Part shown: piece by piece, positions 13,628 through 22,075 of the stretch
Layout: each line of letters begins with the position of its first letter
Position numbering within the stretch: position 1 is the first letter of the stretch
Assembly (NCBI GenBank): GCA_963707505.1
Contig: CAVPQB010000006.1
Location: 32,001-96,000 of the forward strand
Direction: 5' to 3'
DNA: 64,000 bases
Source of the DNA: an uncultured Gemmatimonadales bacterium
Lineage (GTDB): Bacteria > Gemmatimonadota > Gemmatimonadetes > Gemmatimonadales > Gemmatimonadaceae
The notes under the pieces: generated by a model
Told to the model about the DNA's origin: nothing
The model's input: only the letters and a program-made list of their open reading frames with translations
Databases searched by the model: none
Translations under genes and position numbers: made by a program

Positions 13628-13652
13628 CCGACCGATCCACCGAGGCTCCAAA

Positions 13653-14642
13653 ATGTCCCAGTCAGCTCCTGAGTACGCGTTAGCCGCGCACCCAACCACC
13701 GTTGGCGACGCCAGATCGTCGACGAAACCCGTTCGCGTGACTCCCACGCTTGTCATTGGCGGTCACGACGTAGTCGTCGCGGCCGGCCCGTGCTCCGTCG
13801 AGGGATACGACATGCTCCTCGCCAGCGCGCGCCACGTGCAGTCGGTCGGTGGCACACTGCTGCGCGGCGGCGCTTTCAAGCCGCGTACATCTCCCTATGC
13901 ATTTCAGGGACTCGGCGAGGAAGGGCTTCTGCTGCTCGCATCGGTCCGCGAGCAGACTGGGATGCCGATCGTTACCGAAGTGATGGATACCCGCCAGGTC
14001 GCGCGCGTCGCACAGATCGCAGATGTCATTCAGGTCGGCGCGCGCAACATGCAGAACTTCCCGCTGCTGGCCGAGTTGGGACGCGCAGGAAAACCGGTAC
14101 TCCTCAAACGCGGCGCATCGGCGCGAATTTCGGAGCTTCTGCTTGCTGCCGAGTATGTGATGGCGAACGGGAACGAGCGCGTGATACTGTGCGAGCGCGG
14201 TATTCGAACGTTCGAGACGATCACCCGCAACACACTCGATATCTCAGCGATCCCCGTGCTGAAAGCCGAGACGCATCTTCCCGTGATCGTCGACCCGAGT
14301 CATGCAGGTGGTCGTGCGGATCTCGTGCTGCCGCTCGCCCTCGCCGCGATCGCCGCTGGCGCTGATGGATTGATCGTCGAGGTCCACCCCGATCCATCAG
14401 TAGCGCGCTCAGACGCAGATCAGCAGCTGACGTTCGCCCAGTTCACCGATCTCATGCACGGCATCTCACTGATCGCCGCCGCGAGCAACCGCACGGTCCG
14501 TACGTCGATTCCCTCTCCGGTCGTGCCGAACATCGCGGCGACCGATGTCACCGACAGGCCGCACGCCCCACGGCGGCGTGGAGAGGAGACGCCTGCGGAG
14601 GAGACTCTTGCCGAGGAGACTCTTGCAGTGGTGGCCGCATGA
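13653..14642 (+). CDS. aroF: DAHP synthase, type I-beta, without an N-terminal regulatory domain
   Basis: [36 protein letters not shown] and VDPSH motifs. Confidence 0.92.
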   Translation: MSQSAPEYALAAHPTTVGDARSSTKPVRVTPTLVIGGHDVVVAAGPCSVEGYDMLLASARHVQSVGGTLLRGGAFKPRTSPYAFQGLGEEGLLLLASVREQTGMPIVTEVMDTRQVARVAQIADVIQVGARNMQNFPLLAELGRAGKPVLLKRGASARISELLLAAEYVMANGNERVILCERGIRTFETITRNTLDISAIPVLKAETHLPVIVDPSHAGGRADLVLPLALAAIAAGADGLIVEVHPDPSVARSDADQQLTFAQFTDLMHGISLIAAASNRTVRTSIPSPVVPNIAATDVTDRPHAPRRRGEETPAEETLAEETLAVVAA

Positions 14643-15313
14643 TCGCGACACACAGCTCGACCGCGCGACTCTCTTCCACGCGTGAACACTCCGACGACGG
14701 TATCCACGTTGCATTTCAGGGCGAGCTCGGCGCATACGGAGATCAGGCCATCGCGCAACGCTGGCACGGCGATGCGGTGCCAGCGCCATCGGCATCCTTC
14801 GAGCACGTAGTGGCCGATGTCGCGTGGGAGATAGCCGATTTCGGGATACTCCCCGTGTGGAACTCGGTGGTGGGCGACATCGCGGCCGGATGTGCAGCCG
14901 TCAAGCTTGCCAGGAGCTCACCATATGGGCTCGTCGTGATCGGCGACACCCACGTCGTCGTGCGACATCATCTGCTCGCCCTTCCAGGCAGCCGAGTCGA
15001 TTACATCGAATCCGTGACCAGTCATCCCGTCGCGCTCGCGCAGTGCGGCAAGTTCCTCGCGGCGCATCCGAAGATCAAGCCGATATCGGGATATGACACC
15101 GCCGGTGCTGCTCGTGACCTGGTGATGCATGGGACACGTAATGCGGCCGCGATCGCAGGCCGCGTCGCTGCCGAACGCTACGGTCTCATCATACTCGAAG
15201 CGGACATCCAGGATGTCCCCGACAACGTGACACACTTTCTCATACTGGCGCGTCCGGTACGTAAAAGCGGCGAATCGCGCATGCCGCGCGTGAGCGAGAT
15301 CGTTCGATGGTGA
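14639..15313 (+). CDS. pheA: Prephenate dehydratase, catalytic domain only
   Basis: [25 protein letters not shown] and DNVTHF motifs; ends before any ACT domain; ATGA overlap with aroF. Confidence 0.85.
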   Translation: MIATHSSTARLSSTREHSDDGIHVAFQGELGAYGDQAIAQRWHGDAVPAPSASFEHVVADVAWEIADFGILPVWNSVVGDIAAGCAAVKLARSSPYGLVVIGDTHVVVRHHLLALPGSRVDYIESVTSHPVALAQCGKFLAAHPKIKPISGYDTAGAARDLVMHGTRNAAAIAGRVAAERYGLIILEADIQDVPDNVTHFLILARPVRKSGESRMPRVSEIVRW

Positions 15314-15738
15314 CCACACCCGACCTGGACGCGTGGCGAGTGCGAGCAGTCCGCGGCGCAACAACGGTCGCTGGAGACAATCAGCTGCTCGTCCATGACG
15401 CCATACGCGAGCTCCTGACCACTCTGATGGCGCACAACGACATCAGGAAAAACGACATCGTCAGCGCAGTGTTCACCGCCACGACCGACCTGCGTTCCGC
15501 CTTCCCCGCTACCGCCGCGCGCGACCTCGGCTGGAACGACGTGCCGATGCTGTGCGCGTCGGAGATCGATGTTCCGGATGCCCAGCCACGCTGTCTTCGC
15601 GTGCTCCTGCACGTCGAGCGTCGCGTCTCCCAACCGCCGCTCGTTCCGATTTACCTCCGCGACGCCGCATCGCTCAGACCGGATCTGTCGGCCGCATCTC
15701 AGCGCGAGCCGGAGCTGGCGGGAATGGCGCAGAGTTGA
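15307..15738 (+). CDS. aroH: Chorismate mutase, AroH class
   Basis: VRAVRGATTV, FTATTDL, FPATAAR, VPMLC and SLRPDL motifs. Confidence 0.92.
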   Translation: MVTTPDLDAWRVRAVRGATTVAGDNQLLVHDAIRELLTTLMAHNDIRKNDIVSAVFTATTDLRSAFPATAARDLGWNDVPMLCASEIDVPDAQPRCLRVLLHVERRVSQPPLVPIYLRDAASLRPDLSAASQREPELAGMAQS

Positions 15739-15752
15739 TATATCCACTTGTA

Positions 15753-16862
15753 ATGCCATCAGGGAAATCCGAACTCACGCATGTCGGTGCCAGGCCTCGC
15801 ACAGCGCGCGGCGTTCTGGCTCGCTACGCAGAATTTCTTCCGCTGACTGCAGCGACCCCCGCCCTGTCTCTCGCAGAGGGCGACACCCCCTTGCTCGCAG
15901 CTCCGCGCCTTGCAAAGTGGGTTGGCGTGGATGACCTGCACCTCAAGTACGAAGGTGCCAATCCGAGCGGATCGTTCAAGGATCGCGGAATGGTCGTCGC
16001 CGTCGCCAAGGCGATCGAGGCCGGCTCGACGACGATAATCTGTGCATCCACGGGCAACACCTCGGCAAGTGCCGCTGCTTACGCGGCGCACGCAGGCATC
16101 AAGGCTGTAGTTTTGCTGCCCGCCGGAAAGGTTGCGCGAGGCAAGCTTGCGCAAGCTATCATGGCTGGTGCGACGGTGATCACGCTCGAGGGAAACTTCG
16201 ACCAGGCACTCACGGTCGCGCGCGATCTCGCACGTGATTACCGCGTCGCGCTCGTGAACTCGGTCAATCCACATCGCATAGCTGGCCAGACGACGGCGGC
16301 GTTCGAAGTGTGCGACGTGCTCGGCGATGCACCGGAAGTTGTCGCGTTACCCGTCGGTAATGGCGGTAACGTCACCGCGTATTCGGAAGGCTTCCGCATA
16401 TACCGGGACGCGAACCGGAGCACACGCATGCCCGTGTTCATCGGCGCACAGGCCGCCGGCGCCGCTCCGCTTGTTCACGGCGCACCGGTCGCGAACCCCG
16501 AAACTGTTGCGACCGCGATACGAATCGGCAATCCGGCCAGCTGGACGTCGGCGGTGAATGCGGTAACGTCATCGGGTGGCGAATTCAGCGCCGTCACCGA
16601 CGATGAAATTCTCGAATCGTATCACAGGGTCGCTGAGCTCGAAGGCGTATTCTGCGAGCCCGCCTCCGCCGCAGGGATCGCTGCACTCAGAATCGCTGTT
16701 CGCAACGGACGTGTTGCGCCAGGAATGCGCGCTGTCTGCGTGCTTACCGGCAACGGACTGAAAGATCCCGATCGTGCGGTGCCGGAATCGTTTACTCCTG
16801 CGATTCTTCCAGCTGACGCGACAGCGCTCGCCAGACAGCTGCATCTGACACGACTGTCGTGA
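15753..16862 (+). CDS. thrC: Threonine synthase (short type)
   Basis: EGDTPL, NPSGSFKDRGM, CASTGNTSASAAAY, PVGNGGN, ATAIRIGNP and LTGNGLKDP motifs. Confidence 0.9.
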   Translation: MPSGKSELTHVGARPRTARGVLARYAEFLPLTAATPALSLAEGDTPLLAAPRLAKWVGVDDLHLKYEGANPSGSFKDRGMVVAVAKAIEAGSTTIICASTGNTSASAAAYAAHAGIKAVVLLPAGKVARGKLAQAIMAGATVITLEGNFDQALTVARDLARDYRVALVNSVNPHRIAGQTTAAFEVCDVLGDAPEVVALPVGNGGNVTAYSEGFRIYRDANRSTRMPVFIGAQAAGAAPLVHGAPVANPETVATAIRIGNPASWTSAVNAVTSSGGEFSAVTDDEILESYHRVAELEGVFCEPASAAGIAALRIAVRNGRVAPGMRAVCVLTGNGLKDPDRAVPESFTPAILPADATALARQLHLTRLS

Positions 16863-16900
16863 ATCACAGCGCCACGACATATCCACGTGCAAACTCCTCC

Positions 16901-16929
16901 TTGCGGGCGCGAGTACGGAGCTGTATCGT
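16901..16929 (+). promoter_or_regulatory. Candidate promoter giving a leaderless transcript at ATG 16936
   Basis: TTGCGG-N17-TATCGT followed by 6 nt and then the leader ATG. Confidence 0.6.
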
Positions 16930-16935
16930 AGTTCA

Positions 16936-17022
16936 ATGCAGTCATTCAATCGCGCAAACAATGTGCTCCCATCCAATCCCAATCGAAACTGCTTGGGGCG
17001 GGTGATCGTGTTGCGCGGATGA
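16936..17022 (+). CDS. Asn-rich leader peptide (28 aa)
   Basis: MQSFNRANNVLPSNPNRNCLGRVIVLRG*; 6 Asn in residues 5-18; followed by a terminator and then tRNA-Asn. Confidence 0.75.
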   Translation: MQSFNRANNVLPSNPNRNCLGRVIVLRG

Positions 17023-17055
17023 TCTGACAGCACCAGACATTACCGTTACACATTC

Positions 17056-17092
17056 GCCCTTCCGAGCGGTCGCTCAGAAGGGCTTTTCGTTT
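17056..17092 (+). terminator. Attenuator terminator upstream of tRNA-Asn
   Basis: GCCCTTC-C-GAGC-GGTC-GCTC-A-GAAGGGC-TTTTCGTTT; the 5' arm region (17051-17060) can instead pair with 16995-17004. Confidence 0.85.
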
Positions 17093-17132
17093 AGAACTCG
17101 TCGCTGATTGCCGAAACTCAGGGCAATCCCGA

Positions 17133-17205
17133 TGGGGTGTAGGTCAATTGGCAGACCGCCCGACTGTTACTCGGGAAGTTGCAGGTTCGAATCCCGCCGC
17201 CCCAG
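17133..17205 (+). tRNA. tRNA-Asn (GTT)
   Basis: Cloverleaf: acceptor TGGGGTG/CGCCCCA, D arm GGTC/GACC, anticodon arm CCCGA-CTGTTAC-TCGGG, TTCGAAT loop, G73; CCA not encoded. Confidence 0.93.
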
Positions 17206-17395
17206 CTTGAAATACACGGTTACGATATCAACGCCCGAGTCGTATTGATGAATTCGGAGCCATTCCACACAGCCCTGGCGACGACTGGCGGCATGCCAGC
17301 CGGCGCAAACTGCTAATGAAGTCAGCCCCACTTCAGCGCCTTGATATCCACCCTGCCACTCGGCAGGGACTGCGTAGCAGCGTCACCGCGACTCT

Positions 17396-19474
17396 GTGAC
17401 CCCAATGCGCACGTCTCGGGCGCACGTGAGCCCGTCAACCCCGACGCAAGTCGCCCGCGAGACAACCTCTGTCTGGGAGATCGGGCTCTTCCTGCTGGCG
17501 ACCGCGTGCTTCGCGGGATATCTCGTCTGGGTCGGCTTCGACAGTATGGGAGGCGGCAGCACCGCGTCCCGCGTTCCGATCGTTACCCAGTCGCTGCTGT
17601 TCGTCCTCTCGATGCTGACCGCTGTCCTCTGCGCTATCGTGTCTGGACACGGCCTCGATCGAGCCACGCGGCGGGCATGGCTCTTCTTCGCCATCGCGCA
17701 GATTGCGACCGGAATCGTCAGCCTGTCATGGGTTTACCGCCTCGCATCCGGCAGTGGCGTCGCTGGACCACTGGCGCTCCAACTGATCGCCGCGACGTAC
17801 GACGTTTTCCTGCTGGCGGCCCTCGTCACGTTCCCTGTCCGGCGCATGGCCAGTGGCGACCGGTCGACGTTCTGGTTCGATGGTGCAATCGTCGCCGGCG
17901 TCGCGGCGCTGCTGACGTGGCATTTACTACTACGCGCTGCCCTCGTCGCGGCCGGATCGGACTGGCGCACCGCCATGTATGCGTTGGCCTACCCGGTAGC
18001 GGATGTGGTGCTTCTGTTCGCAGCAGTGGTGCTGTTGCTCCGGCGCCCGTTACCGGGAAGTCTGCGGTCCATTCGCATCATTGGCGTCAGCATTCTTCTT
18101 AACACAGCCGCCGATCTGCTCTACATGTGGGCATACATCGCACATGAATCCCAGGCCGGTCGGTTCTTCTATGTGGTGTGGGCGGTCGTTGCGTGGATGG
18201 CCACGGCCGCGGTGTTCGCCCAGTGCCAGAATCTGCAGCAGGATTTCGGGTCGGTACATCTCACGTCGCATGAGCGGCGCAATCATCCGCAAAGCCTCAT
18301 TCCGTATCTGGCGATAGCAGCCATTTACGCAACGCTGATAGTCGAGGCATTTCGAACCGAGGCTCACGCTGCAGTCGTTTCGCCAGTTGCTCACCGGCTG
18401 TCCATCGCCGCGGACTTCCCCGTCACCACGATTGTCGTCGGAGCGATGGTGGTGACAGCGATCGTGATTGCGCGTCAGGTTGCGGCGCAGCGAAGAAACG
18501 CCGAGCTCGTGCGCGAGCGACTCGCACGTGAGGCGCACTTCCGTGCGCTCGTCCAGCATTCGTCCGACATGGTGCTGGTGCTCGAAGCAGATGGAACGGT
18601 ACGCGAGGCCAGCCCCGCGGTCGCGCGCGTTCTCGGTCACGCGCCCCAAAAAGTCGTGGGACGCACATTCTGGGAGTTCTTCGTCTCCGACGACATGGCG
18701 GTCGTTCAGGCCGATATCGCGCAAGCCATCGCCGCTGGCGACGGAGAGGTCACCGCGAGCGGCCCGTGCGAGTGGCGCATCCGCGCGGCCAACGGCAGTG
18801 AGCGATGGGTCGAAGCCATCTGCACGAACCTGCTCGACGATCCCGTCGTGATGGGGCTCGTCATCAACGGGCGTGACGTCAGCGAGCGCAAGCAGCTGGA
18901 AGTCGAGCTCACGCATCGCGCATATCACGATACTCTCACCGGGTTGGTGAATCGCACACGCTTCCGCGCAAAGGTCGTCGACGCCATCGCTCGCACCAAA
19001 TCCGGCAAAAGACCCGATGACGGACGGAGCGGGCTCGCAATTCTCTACATCGATCTCGATGGCTTCAAGGCTGTCAACGACATCTTCGGACATGACGCCG
19101 GCGATCTGGTCCTTGCAACGATCGCCGATCGCCTGCGCGACGCTACCCGCGGCTCCGATACCGCTGCACGGCTTGGGGGCGATGAATTCGCGATTCTGCT
19201 GGAGCGCCTGCGAGACGCGGATGAAGTTCGCATGGTTGCGAAACGCGTATTACACCTCGTGCGCGGTCCGATCAGAATCGATCACCGGGACGTTGTGGTC
19301 GGCGCCAGCATCGGAATCGTGTGCACCTCACTCGGCGACACAACCAGGGAACGCGAACGCGCGATAGATCCCGACGTCCTGCTGCGCAACGCAGACTCTG
19401 CGATGTACGCCGCGAAGGCCCGGGGACGCGGGAATTACGAGTTTTTCGTTCCCGTCGCGGGCGAGATTGTGTGA
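17396..19474 (+). CDS. Membrane-bound PAS + GGDEF diguanylate cyclase
   Basis: Multi-TM N-terminus, PAS domain, DLDGFKAVND, RLGGDEF, ADSAMYAAK; no EAL domain. Confidence 0.9.
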   Translation: MTPMRTSRAHVSPSTPTQVARETTSVWEIGLFLLATACFAGYLVWVGFDSMGGGSTASRVPIVTQSLLFVLSMLTAVLCAIVSGHGLDRATRRAWLFFAIAQIATGIVSLSWVYRLASGSGVAGPLALQLIAATYDVFLLAALVTFPVRRMASGDRSTFWFDGAIVAGVAALLTWHLLLRAALVAAGSDWRTAMYALAYPVADVVLLFAAVVLLLRRPLPGSLRSIRIIGVSILLNTAADLLYMWAYIAHESQAGRFFYVVWAVVAWMATAAVFAQCQNLQQDFGSVHLTSHERRNHPQSLIPYLAIAAIYATLIVEAFRTEAHAAVVSPVAHRLSIAADFPVTTIVVGAMVVTAIVIARQVAAQRRNAELVRERLAREAHFRALVQHSSDMVLVLEADGTVREASPAVARVLGHAPQKVVGRTFWEFFVSDDMAVVQADIAQAIAAGDGEVTASGPCEWRIRAANGSERWVEAICTNLLDDPVVMGLVINGRDVSERKQLEVELTHRAYHDTLTGLVNRTRFRAKVVDAIARTKSGKRPDDGRSGLAILYIDLDGFKAVNDIFGHDAGDLVLATIADRLRDATRGSDTAARLGGDEFAILLERLRDADEVRMVAKRVLHLVRGPIRIDHRDVVVGASIGIVCTSLGDTTRERERAIDPDVLLRNADSAMYAAKARGRGNYEFFVPVAGEIV

Positions 19475-19854
19475 GTCGGACAATGGTCACCGCAGCCAAG
19501 CTCGCCGCGGTGATCAGCGAACCATCGGTATCCGCGCTCCGCAACTTGCCGCGCGAACGGTAGCCGAAACAACCACGATACAACCCATCCGGCGCGCAAC
19601 GCTTTTATGATCTCCTCGACCGCCGCCGCCCCCTCCCACGTCCGGCTATCGGAAGCTCGCACTACCTGAAGCGATTCGTCGTACGCGTTTGCGGGAATCC
19701 ATGGAAACCGGTCCCGAACTCCCACTGACTGCGACGGTACGATCTCCAGAGCACTGTGCGTATCAAGTTTGGCGAGCCGCCGTACGAGCCGCGTGCAGAC
19801 TCCGCAATGGCCATCGTAGATAACGGTGAGCTGCGTTCCCGTCGCTTCGCTCAT
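19435..19854 (-). CDS. DCC/DUF393 family thiol-disulfide oxidoreductase
   Basis: VIYDGHCGVC (DxxCxxC) and YRWFADHR motifs. Confidence 0.85.
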   Translation of the reverse strand: MSEATGTQLTVIYDGHCGVCTRLVRRLAKLDTHSALEIVPSQSVGVRDRFPWIPANAYDESLQVVRASDSRTWEGAAAVEEIIKALRAGWVVSWLFRLPFARQVAERGYRWFADHRGELGCGDHCPTHTISPATGTKNS

Positions 19855-19876
19855 GCGCCGCCATTCCCTGTCGCGG

Positions 19877-20938
19877 TTACGCGCCGTGATAATCGATCGC
19901 CATCGCCGGCTGCTGCTGCGTGAGGCAGTGCAGCGTTCCCATTCCCCACACGAGATCCACGGCATGTATTCCGATCACCCTGCGATCCGGAAATAGCGTG
20001 GCAATGATGTCGAGCGCAACGCGGTCGTTCGCATCGTTGAACGTGGGTACGAGGACGACTTCGTTCGCGATGTAGAAATTTGCGTAACTCGCCGGAAGCC
20101 GCTGTCCATCCATGATGACCGGACGTGGATACGGCAGCAGCACGACGTTCAACGGCTGCCGCTCCGAAGCGAGACGCAACCGTTCCAGATTGTCCGCAGA
20201 CGACACGTGATTCGCATCCGACGGATCGGCTTCATACGCCAGCGCGACTGTATCGAAGTTGACGAAGCGCGCTACATCGTCGATGTGTCCGTGCGTATCG
20301 TCACCGGCGCATCCATTGCCGAGCCAGATCGTGTCATGACAGCCGAGATAGGTAGCGAATGCATGTTCGTATCCGGCGCGCGTGACACCTGGATTGCGGA
20401 CCTGCACATCACTCAGCAACCACTCTTCGGTGACGAGGATCCTCCCCTGTCCATTCACCTCGATCCCACCACCTTCGAGCACCAGTCTCCGATTCGCGTC
20501 ATCCGGACGCATCGCCGATGTCATGGGTAGCCCAGTCGCATCCTGGATCGCGTCCGGAACGCGGCGGTCACGCGTGAAGTTGGCGTACTTGGCCCAGGCG
20601 TTGAAATCCCACGCGATCATCTCAACTTCGCCGTTCTCGTTCCACACGAACGACGGCCCCGAATCGCGCAGCCACACACGATCCGTCGGAACGAGCATCA
20701 GATTGACACGCTGCATCGCAACGTCGTGTGAGCGCAGCATCGCCACGGCAGAATCGCGAACGGCCTCGTCGTGACACAGAATCTCGACGCGTTCGTGCAT
20801 GGCGAGCACCCGGGCTATTTCCGCATATGCCCAGCGTACAGCCTCGAGTTTTCCAGGCCAGTCAGGCTCGTGGTGTGGCCATGCGATCCAGGTTGCGTCG
20901 TGCCGCTCCCATTCGGCCGGCATGCGCCAGCGCGTCAC
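19877..20938 (-). CDS. aguA: Agmatine deiminase family protein
   Basis: MPAEW, WLRDSGP, LEGG, DDTHGHIDD, ASYANF and GTLHCLTQQ motifs. Confidence 0.9.
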   Translation of the reverse strand: MTRWRMPAEWERHDATWIAWPHHEPDWPGKLEAVRWAYAEIARVLAMHERVEILCHDEAVRDSAVAMLRSHDVAMQRVNLMLVPTDRVWLRDSGPSFVWNENGEVEMIAWDFNAWAKYANFTRDRRVPDAIQDATGLPMTSAMRPDDANRRLVLEGGGIEVNGQGRILVTEEWLLSDVQVRNPGVTRAGYEHAFATYLGCHDTIWLGNGCAGDDTHGHIDDVARFVNFDTVALAYEADPSDANHVSSADNLERLRLASERQPLNVVLLPYPRPVIMDGQRLPASYANFYIANEVVLVPTFNDANDRVALDIIATLFPDRRVIGIHAVDLVWGMGTLHCLTQQQPAMAIDYHGA

Positions 20939-21855
20939 CCCAGGTACCGATTCAGAATGGGTGAGTATGCGTCGATACGCCTGTCACGCAGGAATGGCCA
21001 GTTGCGGCGCGTGTATTCGATCAGTGCAGGATCGCATTTCGCGACAAGCACGGTCGGCTCGACACCGGCCTCGGCGATTACTCTGCCAAACGGATCCGAG
21101 ACGAAAGAGTGGCCGAAGAATTCGATTCCGTCGGTACCCGGCTCTTCCTCGAATCCAACGCGATTGGGTGATGCGACATACACGCCATTCGCAATTGCGT
21201 GCGCGCGCTGCGCCGTACGCCATGCATCCAGCTGCGCCGGACCGAACTCCGCCTTCTCGGCGGGATGCCAGCCAATCGCCGTGGGATAGAAGATGATGTC
21301 GGCACCGAGTAGTGCGGTGATACGTGCGGCCTCCGGATACCACTGATCCCAACAGATCAGGACACCGACATCGGCATAGCGCGTCTTCCAGACTCGAAAG
21401 CCGCTCGCGCCCGGGTGGTCCTCCTTCTCGTATGTGCGGTTCGCGTCGCCAGGCGTGAAGTAGTACTTCTCGTAGTAGAGCGGGTCGTCAGGAATGTGCA
21501 TCTTGTGATACACACCCAGCAGCGAGCCGTCGGCGTCGATCACCGCTGCCGAGTTGCGGTAGAGCCCTGCGGCCTGACGCTCGAAGATCGGTACGATTAT
21601 CACGACCTCGAGCTCTCGGGCCAGCTCCTGCATCCGATCAGTTACGGGTCCGGGAATGGGCTCCGCGATGTCGAACCGCTCGCAGCTCTGGCTGGTGCAG
21701 AAGTAGTGCGAGTTGAACATCTCCTGCAGGCAGATGACCTGGGCCCCGCGGCCCGCCGCCTCCCGGATCCGGGCCACCGCCCTGTCCAGTGTCTCGGCGG
21801 GCGTTGCGGCGACCGCTTCCTGGATGATTCCGACCGTGAAGGGCTCTCTGCGCAT
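20935..21855 (-). CDS. aguB: N-carbamoylputrescine amidase (carbon-nitrogen hydrolase)
   Basis: E-K-C triad context (LQEMF, KMHIPDDP, ICWDQWYPE) and YPTAIGW; coupled to aguA. Confidence 0.85.
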   Translation of the reverse strand: MRREPFTVGIIQEAVAATPAETLDRAVARIREAAGRGAQVICLQEMFNSHYFCTSQSCERFDIAEPIPGPVTDRMQELARELEVVIIVPIFERQAAGLYRNSAAVIDADGSLLGVYHKMHIPDDPLYYEKYYFTPGDANRTYEKEDHPGASGFRVWKTRYADVGVLICWDQWYPEAARITALLGADIIFYPTAIGWHPAEKAEFGPAQLDAWRTAQRAHAIANGVYVASPNRVGFEEEPGTDGIEFFGHSFVSDPFGRVIAEAGVEPTVLVAKCDPALIEYTRRNWPFLRDRRIDAYSPILNRYLG

Positions 21856-22075
21856 AGGCGAAAATTAACCGAATCCCGCTCGATACAGGACCTGCGGCGG
21901 AGCCCGCCGGCTTCAATCGACACCGTCGCCTGCCGAAACTCTCTCTAGAGTTGTGTCCCCGTCGGGTGAGATGGTGACACAGTGCTCGTCCATGTCGTCC
22001 TTGTAGAGCGGCATCGGTTAGAACGGCGTCGAGCCGATGGCATGCCTGGCTATCGCGGTGGCATTGGAGGTTTTG

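Noticed and set aside
16901..17092. T-box riboswitch upstream of tRNA-Asn
   Set aside because: No TGGNACC T-box sequence or stem I AG/GNTG motifs; the leader-peptide model fits better.
17265..17330. c-di-GMP-I riboswitch before the diguanylate cyclase (GGCGCAAAC...CTAA...GTCAGCC)
   Set aside because: No GNRA-capped first hairpin, and the second stem is too short. An Rfam scan would settle it.
17206..19474. Genomic island integrated at tRNA-Asn
   Set aside because: No integrase, no duplicated tRNA 3' end noticed and no obvious compositional shift.
19435..19474. 40-nt convergent overlap of the cyclase and DCC genes as antisense regulation
   Set aside because: Short 3' overlaps are common, and there is no further supporting signal.
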